Below, piece after piece: positions 28,001 through 40,600 of a DNA stretch of 64,000 bases. Made by a program: the position numbers and the translations under genes. The DNA lies in assembly GCA_051294375.1 (NCBI GenBank), contig CM119264.1, forward strand, positions 2,895,575 through 2,959,574, read 5' to 3'. The notes below the pieces were generated by a model. The model was not told where the DNA came from and did no database searches. It was given only the letters and a program-made list of their open reading frames with translations. The stretch's first letter is position 1; every line of letters starts with the position of its first letter. Source of the DNA: Paraspadella gotoi. Lineage: Eukaryota; Animalia; Chaetognatha.

Positions 28001-28133
28001 GAGAAACGGGTTGAAGACCAAAAACGACGAGGTTAATCAACTTTTCCAAAACGAGGAGAAGGAAAAGGGTGAAGCGGCGGCGGCGGCGGGGGCGGCGGCG
28101 GCGGCGGCGGCGGGCGGATTGACGATGGCCTAG
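25041..28133 (+). CDS. CCDC66: Coiled-coil domain-containing protein 66-like (centriolar satellite/cilia), single coding exon
   Basis: Uninterrupted ORF from GCCATGG at 25041; motifs as recalled for CCDC66: KRREWLRDLEEQ, FGRGQ..YKEALRRQVEERRQERLRDEELKKEEERKEEERVERERERLRRQFEEE, VPFVRTAAILDP, C-terminal LLRVLKRMRNGL. Confidence 0.72.
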   Translation: MAATSGLLRIGFDSKGLPALYLQNSKSKQNLQTSQNNQNKRNNHTKPNFGVKNNVARSGPATKSRAALVATPSNGTKTPAPRRTPALKPGTGKSTGNGAGGYAPTSMEPQIRPNAYTNAGSDPIEKAAPSRTGNYTADVISKPETSVAPATPPRPPPPALTLAEKKRLQWEEERRQAAVLLQQEKQKANNVFNDSAPAAMRASFALADAVVDDAGWKGRGGVGVERREKTMERVLEQEETTTPTTTTTTKLSPPPPAMRSSFTLGDPNPWAEKYEDVKEAKRREWLRDLEEQRKGKEEERKREKREEKSGGNEEGFTSDHLVSSPRATFGRGQGLREITGRGGAVDADKDAANADYKEALRRQVEERRQERLRDEELKKEEERKEEERVERERERLRRQFEEERDRGRAEAAKRAAALAALEAARDAAARDALERKRRLDAEKQKTRERRRSEEEESVYRQSGTEFVYKQESNALSSTNQRRDQRRDRDVYDPARPAFSERRFPVAELSAPENRFEVKKTRIRGDDDDNNDDDIFRVLERESSDVIEWRIRSPQRDVAGVAARDARGAENEKRRDNVGGAERREAKRTTTTTTMKTTVAKMKDKRNAVADSLAVPPASSPKGELGSNRGAASIRRRPNHRHLSPRPPSPPNQPGVFFSRRQTEKGENEKSKRNFKRRVFREEEEKEEEEEEEGRREGGGKTRERRREKFWLTAQEKMTRDVEARRREAAAAAAASGKRANQPNVPAVAAAATKPAREKQNGIRRRPVSPSYGDAARPASFHERRRRRSPPRDAGSAPILAPVDATIPATFRSFFDADPDEDHAHVRDTPIVGVEALPLQTTLDATFRDALFRLSPSPSNVAPTVVPFVRTAAILDPGHAQLPLAPSREASSVVRARDAYRHGLDPGYHGDAVGDVTGGENVVVDVVGEASTNGKAERRRRRHDAGLLKFMRSGEREKGMEAKDWEEDDNNNDDDDAKKRLLRVLKRMRNGLKTKNDEVNQLFQNEEKEKGEAAAAAGAAAAAAAGGLTMA

Positions 28134-28969
28134 TTTCCTGTCCGCTCGCTCGATGCGCACGCCCGCGTTTTTCAGCCTGCGGAGCGGAGCGCGCGGCCCG
28201 CGTCGCGGTCTCCGTCGCCTCCGCCCGCGCGCGCATGATATTACGCACGTACGTGTACGAGTTTTTTTTTCGCGCACGCACGAATAGCATCGCCCGCGCT
28301 CACGACGTCGATTGACCTTTTCGCGCGACCCTTGAAATCAGCGCAGTCCCTCTCTCGATCCCCGAGAGACGAAATATCCTTGATTGCGTGCCAAACGCGC
28401 GTTCGATCCCTCTCCATTGCTGCGCGCATGCGCGGGCCGTGAAAGATCGTGAAATTTAGTAGCGCTACGGTTTAATCACGCATGGTGGGAATGTTTGCAG
28501 TTTAGGCTTTTATTTTTTTACTTGGGGGGAATTTTCAGATTATGATCTACTTGATCAAGCGTAATTATTTGATTTCGAAATTCTAATTTGGAATTCAAAT
28601 ATGCTATTCTGGCGGGAATACTCATCAATTGCTGAGAGGGATAAATCTTGTCATCTGAAGCGTACGTCCATTGATAATCCCAGGTTATCCCCGTTTCATA
28701 GATCCTTTGCCAGTTTCTAATACGAGATACCCACGCCTGGGGTATCGCAGGCAATCCACGCCATAGTTATAAAATACTTTTGAATTAATTATGAATTAAT
28801 TTCGTAATTAACTTTTCAAATTGAAATATTTCTATTGATTTTCGAGCTAATTTCTCATTCACCCCGCGTACAAAATATCCCAGATAACTTCTAGTACTAC
28901 TAGCGATATCATGCGGAAAAATTCCTAACAAAACAAAACAAAAGAAAACATATCGCAACGGAAACAAAA

Positions 28970-29941
28970 ATGACTCGAACCAGCGATCGAAAGATCGAAA
29001 AAAAGAAGCGAAACGAATTCCTTTTTTTGTTTACGTTTTTCGTCTTTGTTTATCCTCGACTCGCGGCGCCATCAACGCTCGACGATGAATGCCACGCCCA
29101 CCGAAATAAATTTTCAGGTCGGGGCTTGTGGAAGGGGGAGGGAGGAAGAAGGGAGTGGGTCTTACTGGTGCAATATAGTATCGAAAGAAAAGACTACTGG
29201 AGCAGAGAAATTTGATAATTATTATCAAATGAAAATGAGTTCATAAATCTCATTTGCATATTGTCGTGTTTTGATCAAGTAATGATAAATTCTTTTTTTT
29301 TAACCTAAAAATTGTTTAAAATTATTTCTTTTCTTTGGAATATGATTATGTCAGAGGGAAAGTGGTTGGAAATTCAATTGTGCGGGTTTTTGAAGTTGTG
29401 ACTGGCACGAACCGCTTTTCTAATAGAACACAAATTGCCGTCGGGTTTCTTCACTCGTATTTTGTCGGAGACTCGCGAAATCGAAAGAAATACAGATAGT
29501 TGATGCGGAATTTGGAAACTCGTTCGATATCGTTGCCAATGATTAGGGTAGGCTGGACTAAGAACTGAGAGAGTGGGCAGAGGAAACAGTTTAAACTGAA
29601 TTGAAAAAGAGATTGGAGCTTGAGAGAGAGAAAAGAGAGTGAAGCTTGAGAAAATGAAAAGAGAGTGTAGCTTGAGAAAGTGAAAAGAGAGTGTAGCTTG
29701 AGAAAGAGAAAAGAGAGTGTAGCTTGAGAAATAGAGTGAAGCTTGAGAAAGTGATGCGAGTAGTAGCTCCGGAGAGAAATTGAAAAGAGGAAAAGGAAAA
29801 ATCGAAAATCAATGAAAGTCAGAGTCTTGAGTCTGGAATCGTGGGCAAGGATGGATGGATTGATAGATGGATGGATGCAAGGGAACTATGGGTCTACAAA
29901 AAATGTTGTCTCCTTAGTCTCTCTCTCTCTATCTCTCTCTC

Positions 29942-29996
<55 letters not shown>

Positions 29997-30097
29997 CACA
30001 TTGACAAATTTTCTGTATCGCGTTTACAACGGTTGCGGACTCAATTCCGATTTTATCGATTTGATAAAAAAAAAAAGAATGGAAAGGAGAAAGCGAG

Positions 30098-30156
<59 letters not shown>

Positions 30157-31678
30157 AGGAGAGACAGACAGACAGACAGACAGGACAGACAGGACAGACA
30201 GACAGACAGACAGAAAGAAAGAAGAGAAGAAACAGAAAAGAGAGAGGAAACAGGAAAACTCAACTGATCCGAGTTTCTAAATGCCACAACTTGACGAACA
30301 ATTCCCTCCTTTTCCTTCAGGCGCACCTTTGACGAACGACTGCGACCTCAGCACGAAACGCCTCCACCTCGGCATCCTCGTCCACGGCGCCGATCTCGAT
30401 TTGCGGCGCCGCCTCGGTTTCGCCGCCGGCTTCGTGGACTCTGTAGACGTCGGCATTGGCTCGGCTGCGACCGCGACGGCGGCGTCAGGGGCGCCTCTCC
30501 ACTCTCTGCTGGGGGCGTGGGTGGTCGGGGCGGAGGCGGTGGAGGGAGTGGTGGAGATGGAGGAGTCGAGGAATTTGACGAAGGCTGAGATGAAGGAAAG
30601 GATCGTCAACGGGAGCCTGAGTGGTGGAGGTGAGGGACTTGAAAATTGGAGAGGGGGATGGGATCAAGTAGGGTAAGTCGTCAGGTGGAAAGGGTAAGGT
30701 AAGGGTAAGGCCGACGATCCAAGGGGTAGGACATGGACCAAGGTGGTCGAAATAACGAAGGGGCAGCGGTCGGTGTGAGAGGAAATTTAAAGTGTGAGAG
30801 GATTGGAAATAGGACTAGAACCTTGCGTGTGAATCGTTGAAAAGAAATCGGGATGAAGCGTGAATGATCAGTGATCACCTATTGTGAATCGACTGGAGAC
30901 AATAACTCTTTCTTTTGGGAAATTTGGGTGATGAAAGAAGATGACCCCAATGGTTCGTGACTCACAAGGGATTTGGTTTCACGTGAGGATAAAAAATGTG
31001 AGTGAAAAAAGTGGGGATTTGAATGCATGAAGTGAGACGCAGAAAGCAGGACAGGTCTAGAAATGATAAAGTGAGAAATGATTGAGAAAAAGTGGTGATG
31101 ACGAAGAGAGACTATCAAAACAAGAACTGATAAAAGAAAACAAATGAACTATGAAGAAAAAATTTGTAGTATATGTAAATTTATAATTGAATATTTTAAA
31201 AGATAAAATGGTGTCGCTGATTGATACTTTTGATAAAATAATGTGACAAAAGTGAAAACGATATGGAAAGAACAACAAATGATAAAGCAGTGGTGATACG
31301 ATGGAAGTGAGAAAACGAACAAGGAACAAGGTATATAAGGGTCAAGTGACTCGATGGTGAGGGTGAAGTGACTCGATTGTTGGGGGTTAAGTGAGTCGAT
31401 GGTGAGAATGAAGTAAGTCGATTGTGAATGTGAAGTGAGTCGATATTGAGGGTGAAGTGAGTCGATTGTGAGGGTGAACTGAGTCAATGGTGAGGGTGAA
31501 GTGAGTCAATGGTGAGGGTGAAGTGAGTCGATTTTGAGGGTGAAGTGAGTCGATTTTGAGGGTGAAGTGAGTCAAAGGGTGAGGCACTTAACCGCCTCGT
31601 CTCCGCTCAACCGTAAACCGACGCGTGAAGAGAAGAAGATTCACCTTCGACTAAAAGCTTCGCCTAACTTGGTTTTAG

Positions 31679-31765
<87 letters not shown>

Positions 31766-33311
31766 GATTTGACGAATTGTCGCTGTTTTATTGAATTGCG
31801 CGGAAGGCAATGAATGTGGAGGTGATTAAGTTGAGTGGGGAAAATGGTAAGTGAAAGAGGGTAAGTTCGATGATGAGGTGAGGAATGAGTCTGGTTCAGA
31901 GAGGAAGAAACCAAATGAAATCATTTCCCTGAACGACGAGGGGAAAAATGATAATGATTTTGGCAAAAGTAATGATCAACGAAAATGACTGAGATACGTG
32001 GCAAGGGCGATTGGTGATACATTTATGAGAACTTTTCAATCCTTACCCTATGGGGGTCCATAAGACATGTTTGGCCCAAGTTAAAAAGTCTCTCTCACTG
32101 ACCCCAATTGAACAAGACTAGACCAACGTCGTTAGACTGGTTTGGCCCATTCACGTGAAACTGTGAAGGTAATGAATGTGAGAGACAAATTGCGAATGAA
32201 CAATCGAGTTTCTGTTCACAAAAACAGTCGGTTAAAGTTGTCGTTGTTGTTATCTTTCCAATCAGAACAGACAGGTTCAAGAAACATTTTATTTATTGCT
32301 ATGCTACTACTACAAATTACTGTAGAATCATTTATAGGCAATGCGTCAATACTTTTACATCTTAAAACGGAAGTTTTATAAGCTGAGATAAAATTCCCTG
32401 TAGAGGTAGCGTGGCCGAGTGGTCTAAGGCGCTGGTTTAAGGCACCAGTCTCCGCGGAGGCGTGGGTTCGAATCCCACCGCTGCCATTTTATGGAACACT
32501 ATAGAATCTTTGAATTTTGCATTGTTTTTAGCTTTAATAACCTTACGCATTCTTTCGTGAAATTAAATTTATCAAAATTCTCTTGTCTTTTAAATTCGCC
32601 TGATTAATTAATAATAATTTCTCTTCGTTTAAGAAAGTCCGATGAGATTTATCCATCGATATAAAACAATTTTTTATCGTCGTCGTCGTCGTCGTAGTTG
32701 CTTGCGTGAATTATTTCCGACCAACGACGTGAACGTTTTTGACGATCTTTCACCGACGATTCTGTGACACTTTCAATTTCTCGCGACTCCTTTCCTCTTT
32801 AAAATAACTCTCTCTCTCTCTCTCTCTCTTTCACCCACCCACCAATCATATTTTCGGTTATTTCTGTTCGACAGGTTTACTCTGTGGGGAGCGACTGTAA
32901 ACGTCAGGATCCATAGGGTAAGACGACGACGACGACGACGATTTGGGTACTAATAGACTTGCTCTGTTTTGCAGTTTGGTAGGAATTAGATATATAGTCC
33001 TGATTGCATTTCAAAAATAGACGGTTAAACTCGTGGGAGAGATATAACAGATCACCCTGCCAACTTTGTACTTTTAATTTTATTTACTTACGTATTTCCT
33101 TATTTTCTTACTTTCTAATTTATTTACTTACTTACTTTGTTACTTATCTACTTATTTACTCTTTACTTTTACTTTTATTTAATTGTCCAAATCTCTCACA
33201 CTTTTTGAAAATCTTTCCTCTTCCCCACAAAATGTTGCAACTCAGACCGAGTGACTGACAGACCATTGCTGACTTCGATTAGCGCAAAACTCCTCAACTC
33301 CCGAGGCGACG

Positions 33312-33368
<57 letters not shown>

Positions 33369-36300
33369 CGATGGCGATTCGAAGATCTTAGTCTCTCGTC
33401 TAATTGTTTGCCACTGATGGACTCGTTGTCTCCGGATCTTAATTTTGCAAATGGATTTTTTCGGTTCCGATTAAATCAAATTCTTATTCTCAAGAAATTT
33501 TTTTTTATTTGACAAAGTTGTATAGAAAGGCGGAAAAATAAAAATTTTAGTGATAAAAGCTTTTCAAGAAACTGAGCGGGAGTCAGATTCAGGTAAACTC
33601 TTTAATGGCGCGAATGTGAAAAAAAAGAGGTCAAATTTGACAGGTTTTTATATGATCATTGTTTAACCTTTGATTCGATTTTAATGAAATTTAAGATTTA
33701 CAATATCTACTTATATTAAGTAAAATTATGGAAGACCAAGCCGAAAGGCCCATGACTTCAAGCGAGTTAGACGCCCCGTCGCGCTTTCCCGTGTGAATCA
33801 GCAGGGCACTAACCCGAGTTCTTTGGGCTGGGAGGAGCTCGTGCTACCTCCGGCGCCTTAGGACGATTAGCGGGTCACGAAATACTACCGCTACAAATAT
33901 AAAAAATGGTATTCTCTTCAATGTTATATCTACAAGGATCCTTAAACTTAATAAGAAATTATGACTAATTAACTATTAAGACGTAAATATAGTAAAAAAA
34001 GTTAAGAATGAATTTCTAACCTCCACCCAACTTCCCCTCCCTCCCACTTCCGCCTTTTTCCCCCACACATCCTACCTCAACATTCCCCACCCTTACTTCC
34101 ACCCCACCCCTCAGCCGGCTTCCTCACCCCCGCCCTTCTTCAACTCGCCTCTCGATTCCCTTCCGATCGTCATCCCGTCCTTCGTCGCCACCTCGTCGTC
34201 TGTCAGCGGCATCGGCGCGCTCTTGGAGTGTAAGGTTTTTGGGAATCGGTCAGGAGACTTTGTCCTCTTTGAGGTAAGGTTTTTGGGAATACGGGTAAGG
34301 CGATGTTGTCCTCTTGGAGGTAAGGTTTTTTGGGAATCGGGTGAGGCAACTTTAATCGCAAAGTAATTTATTTTTTAGGGAATCTTGTTTTCTTCTGTTT
34401 TGTTTTTGGTGAATTGGTCTTTTGTTCATTATTTTGTTGTGAATTGGTTTTTTGTTTGTTAGTTTTTTGTCTTTTTTTAGTATTTTGTTTCTTTGTTGTG
34501 AATTTGTCTTTTGTTCTTTTGTGAATTGGTATTTTGTTCCTTTGTTTGTTGTGAGTTGGTCTTTTGTTTTTTTGTTTGTTGTGAATTGGTCTTTTGTTTT
34601 TTTGTTTGTTGTGAGTTGGTCTTTTGTTTTTTTGTTTGTTGTGAATTTGTCTTTTGTTCTTTTGTGAATTGGTATTTTGTTCCTTTGTTTGTTGTGAATT
34701 GGTCTTTTGTTTTTTTTGTTTGTTGTGAATTGGTCTTTTGTTTTTTTGTTTGTTGTGAATTGGTCTTTTGTTAGTTTGTTCTTATTTTATGGACTCATTA
34801 AGAGGTAGAAGTGATCCGAATGCTGCCTTTCCAAAGTCCCCCTTTTCCTTTTCCTTTTCCTTTTCCTTTTCCTTTTCCTTTTCCTTTTCCTTTTCCAAAG
34901 TCCCCCTTTTCCTTATCCTTTAGTAAACATTAGTAAAATTAATGCCATTTAGTAATTAATTAATTAATTAATTAATTAATTAATTAATTAATTAATGCCA
35001 TTTAGTATTCCCATTTTTTCGCCACCCAAAAACTGGAGCTCAACGATTTTTCGATGACATCCATTGTCCAGGATTATTACGAGTCAATTTGATCACACGA
35101 TAATTCGATTCGATTGTCACGAACCCATTTTGCCATCAATCGAGACCATTTTGGTAAGGGTGGGAGGGTCGGTCGGTCGATCGTTTGGTCGGTCGGTCTG
35201 TCGGTTTGGTTAAGTTCCTTTGGTTGTTCGGTTCTCTAGGATTGATTCGTTAGTTGGTTTGCTTGTTTTTTTAGTTGGTTAAAATTTCATTTGTTGGTTT
35301 GATTAGTTGGTTTTTTTGGTTGGTTTCATTTTGATAATCGTTTGGTAGGTCGAGTTGAGTTAGTTTGGTTGACTGGTTGGTTGATTTGTTTGGTTGATTA
35401 TATTTTTGTTGGTTTAATTGTTGTTCTGGATGGTTTTGTTTCTTTAGTTGGTTAGTAGATTGTTTGGTTGGATTGTTTGAATGGTTTTTGGTTGTTGTGT
35501 TCATTGATTGGTTGTATGGGTTAGTTTTATTGAATTTGTTGTTTGATTGGTCAGGGGTCGGTTTTTCCCCGCCGGTTCGATCCACATTGATCGAGGGGGC
35601 CGATTCCTTCCGCCCCTCCCTCTAATCATTTGATTAAAAGAAGGGGGGAATTCGACCCCTTCAATCCAGCCCCCCTCCTCCCCCTCCCTCTCCCCCTTTT
35701 CTTTCTCCCCCCTTCCCCCTTTCTTTCTTTCGCGGGGTCGAGTTTTGGGACAATTTGGGTCCTCGAGTCTTAATGTCGTCATTGGCGACCCTTTTATGGC
35801 TTCTGTCCGAGAAAACGATGACGGCGGAGAAAGGGGGGGGAGAGGTAGGGGGGGGAGCTATTGGAAAGAGGGGAGAGCAGGGGGAGGGCAGGGCGTTCCG
35901 GATATTGGCGCTCCAAATCGCGGAATCGGGGATGGAACGGCATTTTCCGGACGCCGATGGAACCCGATGGAATGAAAGTCGACGTTTTGGAGAGGAAAAG
36001 TTTTCTCAATCTTCCTTTTGTTATGCGGAGGCGATTCTGACATGGATGACATGGAACGGGAATGACATGGAGGAGACTGACTATGTAAAATCTATATAAA
36101 ATCGATTAAATTGTAAACAATAGTAATTTATGCGTTTTCAATTTTATCCATTGAAATCTTAACAATGAAAACCTTTGGCATTTATATCTTGTATAACGAT
36201 GAAAATACCGTGGGTGTGGCCAACTGCAAGTGTGGTATGGTGTGGGCAACTGCAAGTGTGGTATGGGGTGGGCAACTGCAAGAGTGGTATGGTGTGGTCA

Positions 36301-37589
36301 ACTGCCAGAGTGGTATGGACTGGGGCAACTGCAAAGTGTGGTAGGGAGTGGGCAACTGCAAATGTGGTATGGTGAGGGCAACTGCAAGTGTTATATGGTG
36401 TGGGCAACTCAAATGTGGTATGGTGTGGGCAACTGCAAGTGTGATATGGTGTGGGCAACTGCAAGTGTGGTATGGTGTGGGCAACTGCAAGTGCGCTATG
36501 GTGTGGGCAACTGCAAATGGAGGGGGAGAAGAGGGGATGGGGTTGAGAGAGGAATAGAAATTGAAAATACAAATCGAAATACAAACGGATTTCCACAAAC
36601 GACTTTCTTTCAAATTGAGAAAAAAAGATTTGCGGCAATAAAATTCTGCAAAAAAGAAACATTTCTTGGCCGAAAACGACGATATTAACAACGATCACGA
36701 CGACGATGACGCCGACGACGAAAACCAAACGAAGTTACTATTACGTTTCGCTGCAAATTTTACTTATTCTCTTTTCTTATTTTCTCTTAAATTGTCTTTT
36801 TAGTCGGGTCTGCTTATCAGTAGATTCCGACTCTATAATTCACTTTGTCGGTCCGTCGGTCCCACCCCAAAATCTTGTCATTATTATCATATCAGAACCT
36901 CGAATTATGATAAATTGTGCAAAAAAATGATGTCCGTCCGTCTGTCCGTCCTCCAAAAAACTCCAAAGAAGCTCCAATTACTCGTGATTGGATGGATGGA
37001 TTTGAATGAAATTTTGTGTGTGGGTAGGAAATTGTTTGATTGAGCTTGATATAAAGATTCGATGGAATCGTACGAGTGAATATAAGTTTAAATGGAAAAA
37101 AAGTCACATTTAATTTAAGTCTTTTTACTTATATATACTCCTAATTATTATATTTATTAAAAATTGTACAGATAAATTGAAATGAAATTTTGTGTGTGGG
37201 TCGGTATCAAGCTGGATATAAATTTTTGATGTAATCGTAGGAGTGGAAAAGTGTTTAAATTAGAAAACCAAAAGACACATTAAGTTGAATATTTAAAAGT
37301 TTCTCTCTCTCTATTTCTCTCTGATTGATTGATAGATTGATTGTTAATTTTGATTTAAATTGATTAATTTAGAAATCTGTTATGATATATTATGTTATGA
37401 TCTAGTTCTGATTAGTTATGATTCTCTCTCTCTCTATTTATTTATGAATTTTCTTATCACATTCATCGGACATCCCATCTGATTAGTTGCTTACCGCTAA
37501 ATTATCGTAGGCAGATCCGAAATTGTTTGCTCAAACTTGTTTTATTTTCTTCCTTGTTCCCCCCTCTTATCTGCCTCTACCTCCTTCCT

Positions 37590-37671
<82 letters not shown>

Positions 37672-40600
37672 TATTTTCACGACCCTTTCCCTGATTCATC
37701 TTTGCCCTTTACAATTTTTTCACAATTCCAGTCGTTTTCGTCGTCGTCATCGTCTTAGTCGTCGTCGTCTTCATCGTCGTCTTCTTCGTCGTCGTCGTCG
37801 ACAAATTCACATTTTTGAGTTAAATATAACTTTTATAAAGTCATGTTTCCTTTTCCGATTGCGATGTTAACTTTAAAGGTCAAAAGATCGAATATTTTTT
37901 TATTTCTCAGAAATGACAACGAAAGACTCGATGCCATTGCCGATGCCATTAGGAATACTGCTCAGTTTTCATTCTGTTTAGTGCTTCAATGTTTTAAAAT
38001 TTTTTCGATGAAATTGGAACATCGAATATTGTCACCTTATTACTAGCTCCGAGTATATATATATATTTGGCCTAATACTAGAAATAGAGCATGGAATATT
38101 TTCATTACGGTTATTTTAATCAAGGTAAAACAAAATCAAAGAAAACGGGAGAAGAAACCTTTAAACGATACGGCCACACGTAAAACTAAATCTTACTAAG
38201 CGATCGAAAGCCGAAGTACAATTGTTTACAATTTGAGTAAAGACTGAAAGGTGGCCATTTTTAAAACACTGGGCCGACTTTTCACTGAGTGCACTTTGAT
38301 ATTCTGAAAATATAAAAAAATTATTATTATTTATTAAATAAAAAAATCTGTCAGCGCAGCTTCTCTGTTAGCGCAGCATCTCTGTCAACGCAGCATCTTT
38401 GTCACCACAGCAATGCGTAGCATCTCTGTCGGCGAAGCATCTCTGTCAGCACAGCATCTCTGTCAGCTCAGCAACTCTGTCAACGCCTGACATCTATTTC
38501 CTTCGCTCATCCAAATCGGTGGCGGCTTCTCTACTATTTTTTTTTCACGTCTTTTTTTTCAAAAGTGTGACGCAAAAAAAAAGAAAGAAAGAAAGGAAAG
38601 AAACCTTACGACGCCTCAATGCGCAGGCGCGGGAAAATTTTCCTTTTTTTTTCTATCTCGTCGCCTTTTACGTTCTTACCCGATTCATCTCACGTGACTT
38701 ACCTTCGACGAAAAGAGTAAGGTAAGGTTTTTCTTTTCCGGACGCTCAGTGCTGCCTCGTTCTCCTTTTTCTCGACGGGTGCATCCTGTTTTTTTTCCAC
38801 CGACGAAGTTGTTTTTCCGCCAGATTATATGAGTTTCCTCCTCATTTGCGGTCACCGCTGGGATACTCGTAGAGGGGGGGCGGTAGGGGAGTGTTATGGG
38901 AAAGCTTATGGGGGGAGGGTAGGGGGGCGGCGTTGTGGGACAGGGTTGCGACGTTGGTGATTTACAAAACTGCGCTTTGGGTTTCGCTTGCCTTACTTTG
39001 AGGTAAGTAACTTTATTTTATAGATTTTGTATTATGACTTTCTTTCCGTTGCGTTTTAGTTAAAGAGGAAACAAAGTTGATTTGTTTACAAACAACGGGT
39101 TTTTTTATTCCAATTTATTTCAAAGATTAAAATTTTTTTTTCTCTCGAAATGCTCGCGATACAGGTACAGGTACAGGTACAGGTACAGGCACAGCAAGGG
39201 GAATAAGGGTACATAAAAAGGGGAGAGTGGAGAAGGAAGGTTCGTGGACCCCGAGACCGAGAGACGTGAAGCGTTGTGTCGATCTCCAAGACCCGATCCG
39301 TGATTCGGGGATGAGGAGGAGGGGATGACGAGGGGAGGAGGAGGAGACGTTGAGAGGGGGAGGAGAAGACCCGGGGGAGAGAAAGGCCCTGACGTTAGGG
39401 TGGCGTCTAATCTTGATTCCGCCCTCCTTTCTCCCTTTTCTCCCTCCCCGTCCCTCCCCCTCCTCCTCTCTCTCTTCTTTTCCTTCCCCTTCTCCCCCTC
39501 CCCCTCCTCTTCTCCTCCCTCCTCTCCCCCCCCCTCCTCTCTCCTCCCTCCCCCTCCACCCTCTCTCTCCCCTTTCCTCCCTCCCCGTCCCCTCCCCTCC
39601 TCTCTCTCTTTTCCTTCCCCTTCTCCCCTCCCTCTCCTCTCTCTCTCTCCTCTCTCCTCCCTCCCCCTCCTCTTTCCTCCCTTCCCCCTCCTCTCTCCTC
39701 CCCTTCCTTTTCTCTCTCTCTTTCCCTCCCTCTCTCCCCCCTCCTTATAGGACGATCCCGAATCGATCTCTTCAGCAGTCGAGTCTCTCAACGCAGTCGG
39801 CGTCGTCGTCGTCTTCGTCGTCGACGACAGCGGCGACGCCGCCGACGCCGCGGAGCTGGAGTCGGTGCTGGGCGGCGTCGAAGCGTCGGTGGTGACGACG
39901 ACGAAAGTAGAGTTGACATCGACGGCGATGGACGACGTGGAATCGAGAATCTGCGCGGGTGAGTTTCGAGGGTGAGATTTGGTGGGTGAGGCCAGATTTT
40001 TAATTGATTTGGTGATTCTCGGTGAACCTTTGCTCGTTGCGTCCACTGCCTGAATTTTTTTTCAGAGCTTTGTTATAATTCTTTTCCACTGTTCAACTGA
40101 CTTTTACATTTTCTATTCTCAATTTCAGTGACCTACTGTCCTGTTTCTTTCAGTATATTTTTTTTGGCATCAGGAGCTGAGTCTTCATTTCTTGCTGTGA
40201 TCAACTGTCGTATTAAAACTGTGATTTGTTTTGAATTTGATTTGAATTTGTTTTGAATTTGTTTTGGTTTATCTATCTCAAATTTGGGCCGTGAAATTTT
40301 AGCATTGGGAACTTTGATGGTGTGAGAATCGGTCTCCTGAGATTAAAATGGAGGTAACATTGCCAAAAATAAAGAAATTGTGAAAAATAATAGGCAAAGA
40401 CCGCTAAACACAACGCCGTCGGTTTTAATTTAACTTCAAGTTCGTATGAAATGTAAACAAATATAATTAATATATGTAAATTGTATAGAGAATTAGAAAA
40501 AAGTAAGTTTCTTTAATCACCTGTAACGTTTTAATTATATGATACAAACGAACTAAAATTTTAAATTTTTCGGTACCGACATATATTTTAAACATATTAC

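Noticed and set aside
25186-28290. Numerous overlapping and antisense ORFs across the CCDC66-like ORF
   Set aside because: Shadow ORFs of a GC-rich, trinucleotide-repeat-rich coding sequence; low complexity, no motifs.
36159-36728. Cys/His-rich repetitive ORFs on both strands
   Set aside because: Translation of a 26-nt (non-triplet) minisatellite.
39120-40046. 308-aa minus-strand ORF
   Set aside because: Antisense of exon 4 plus the pyrimidine tract; stop-free by composition.
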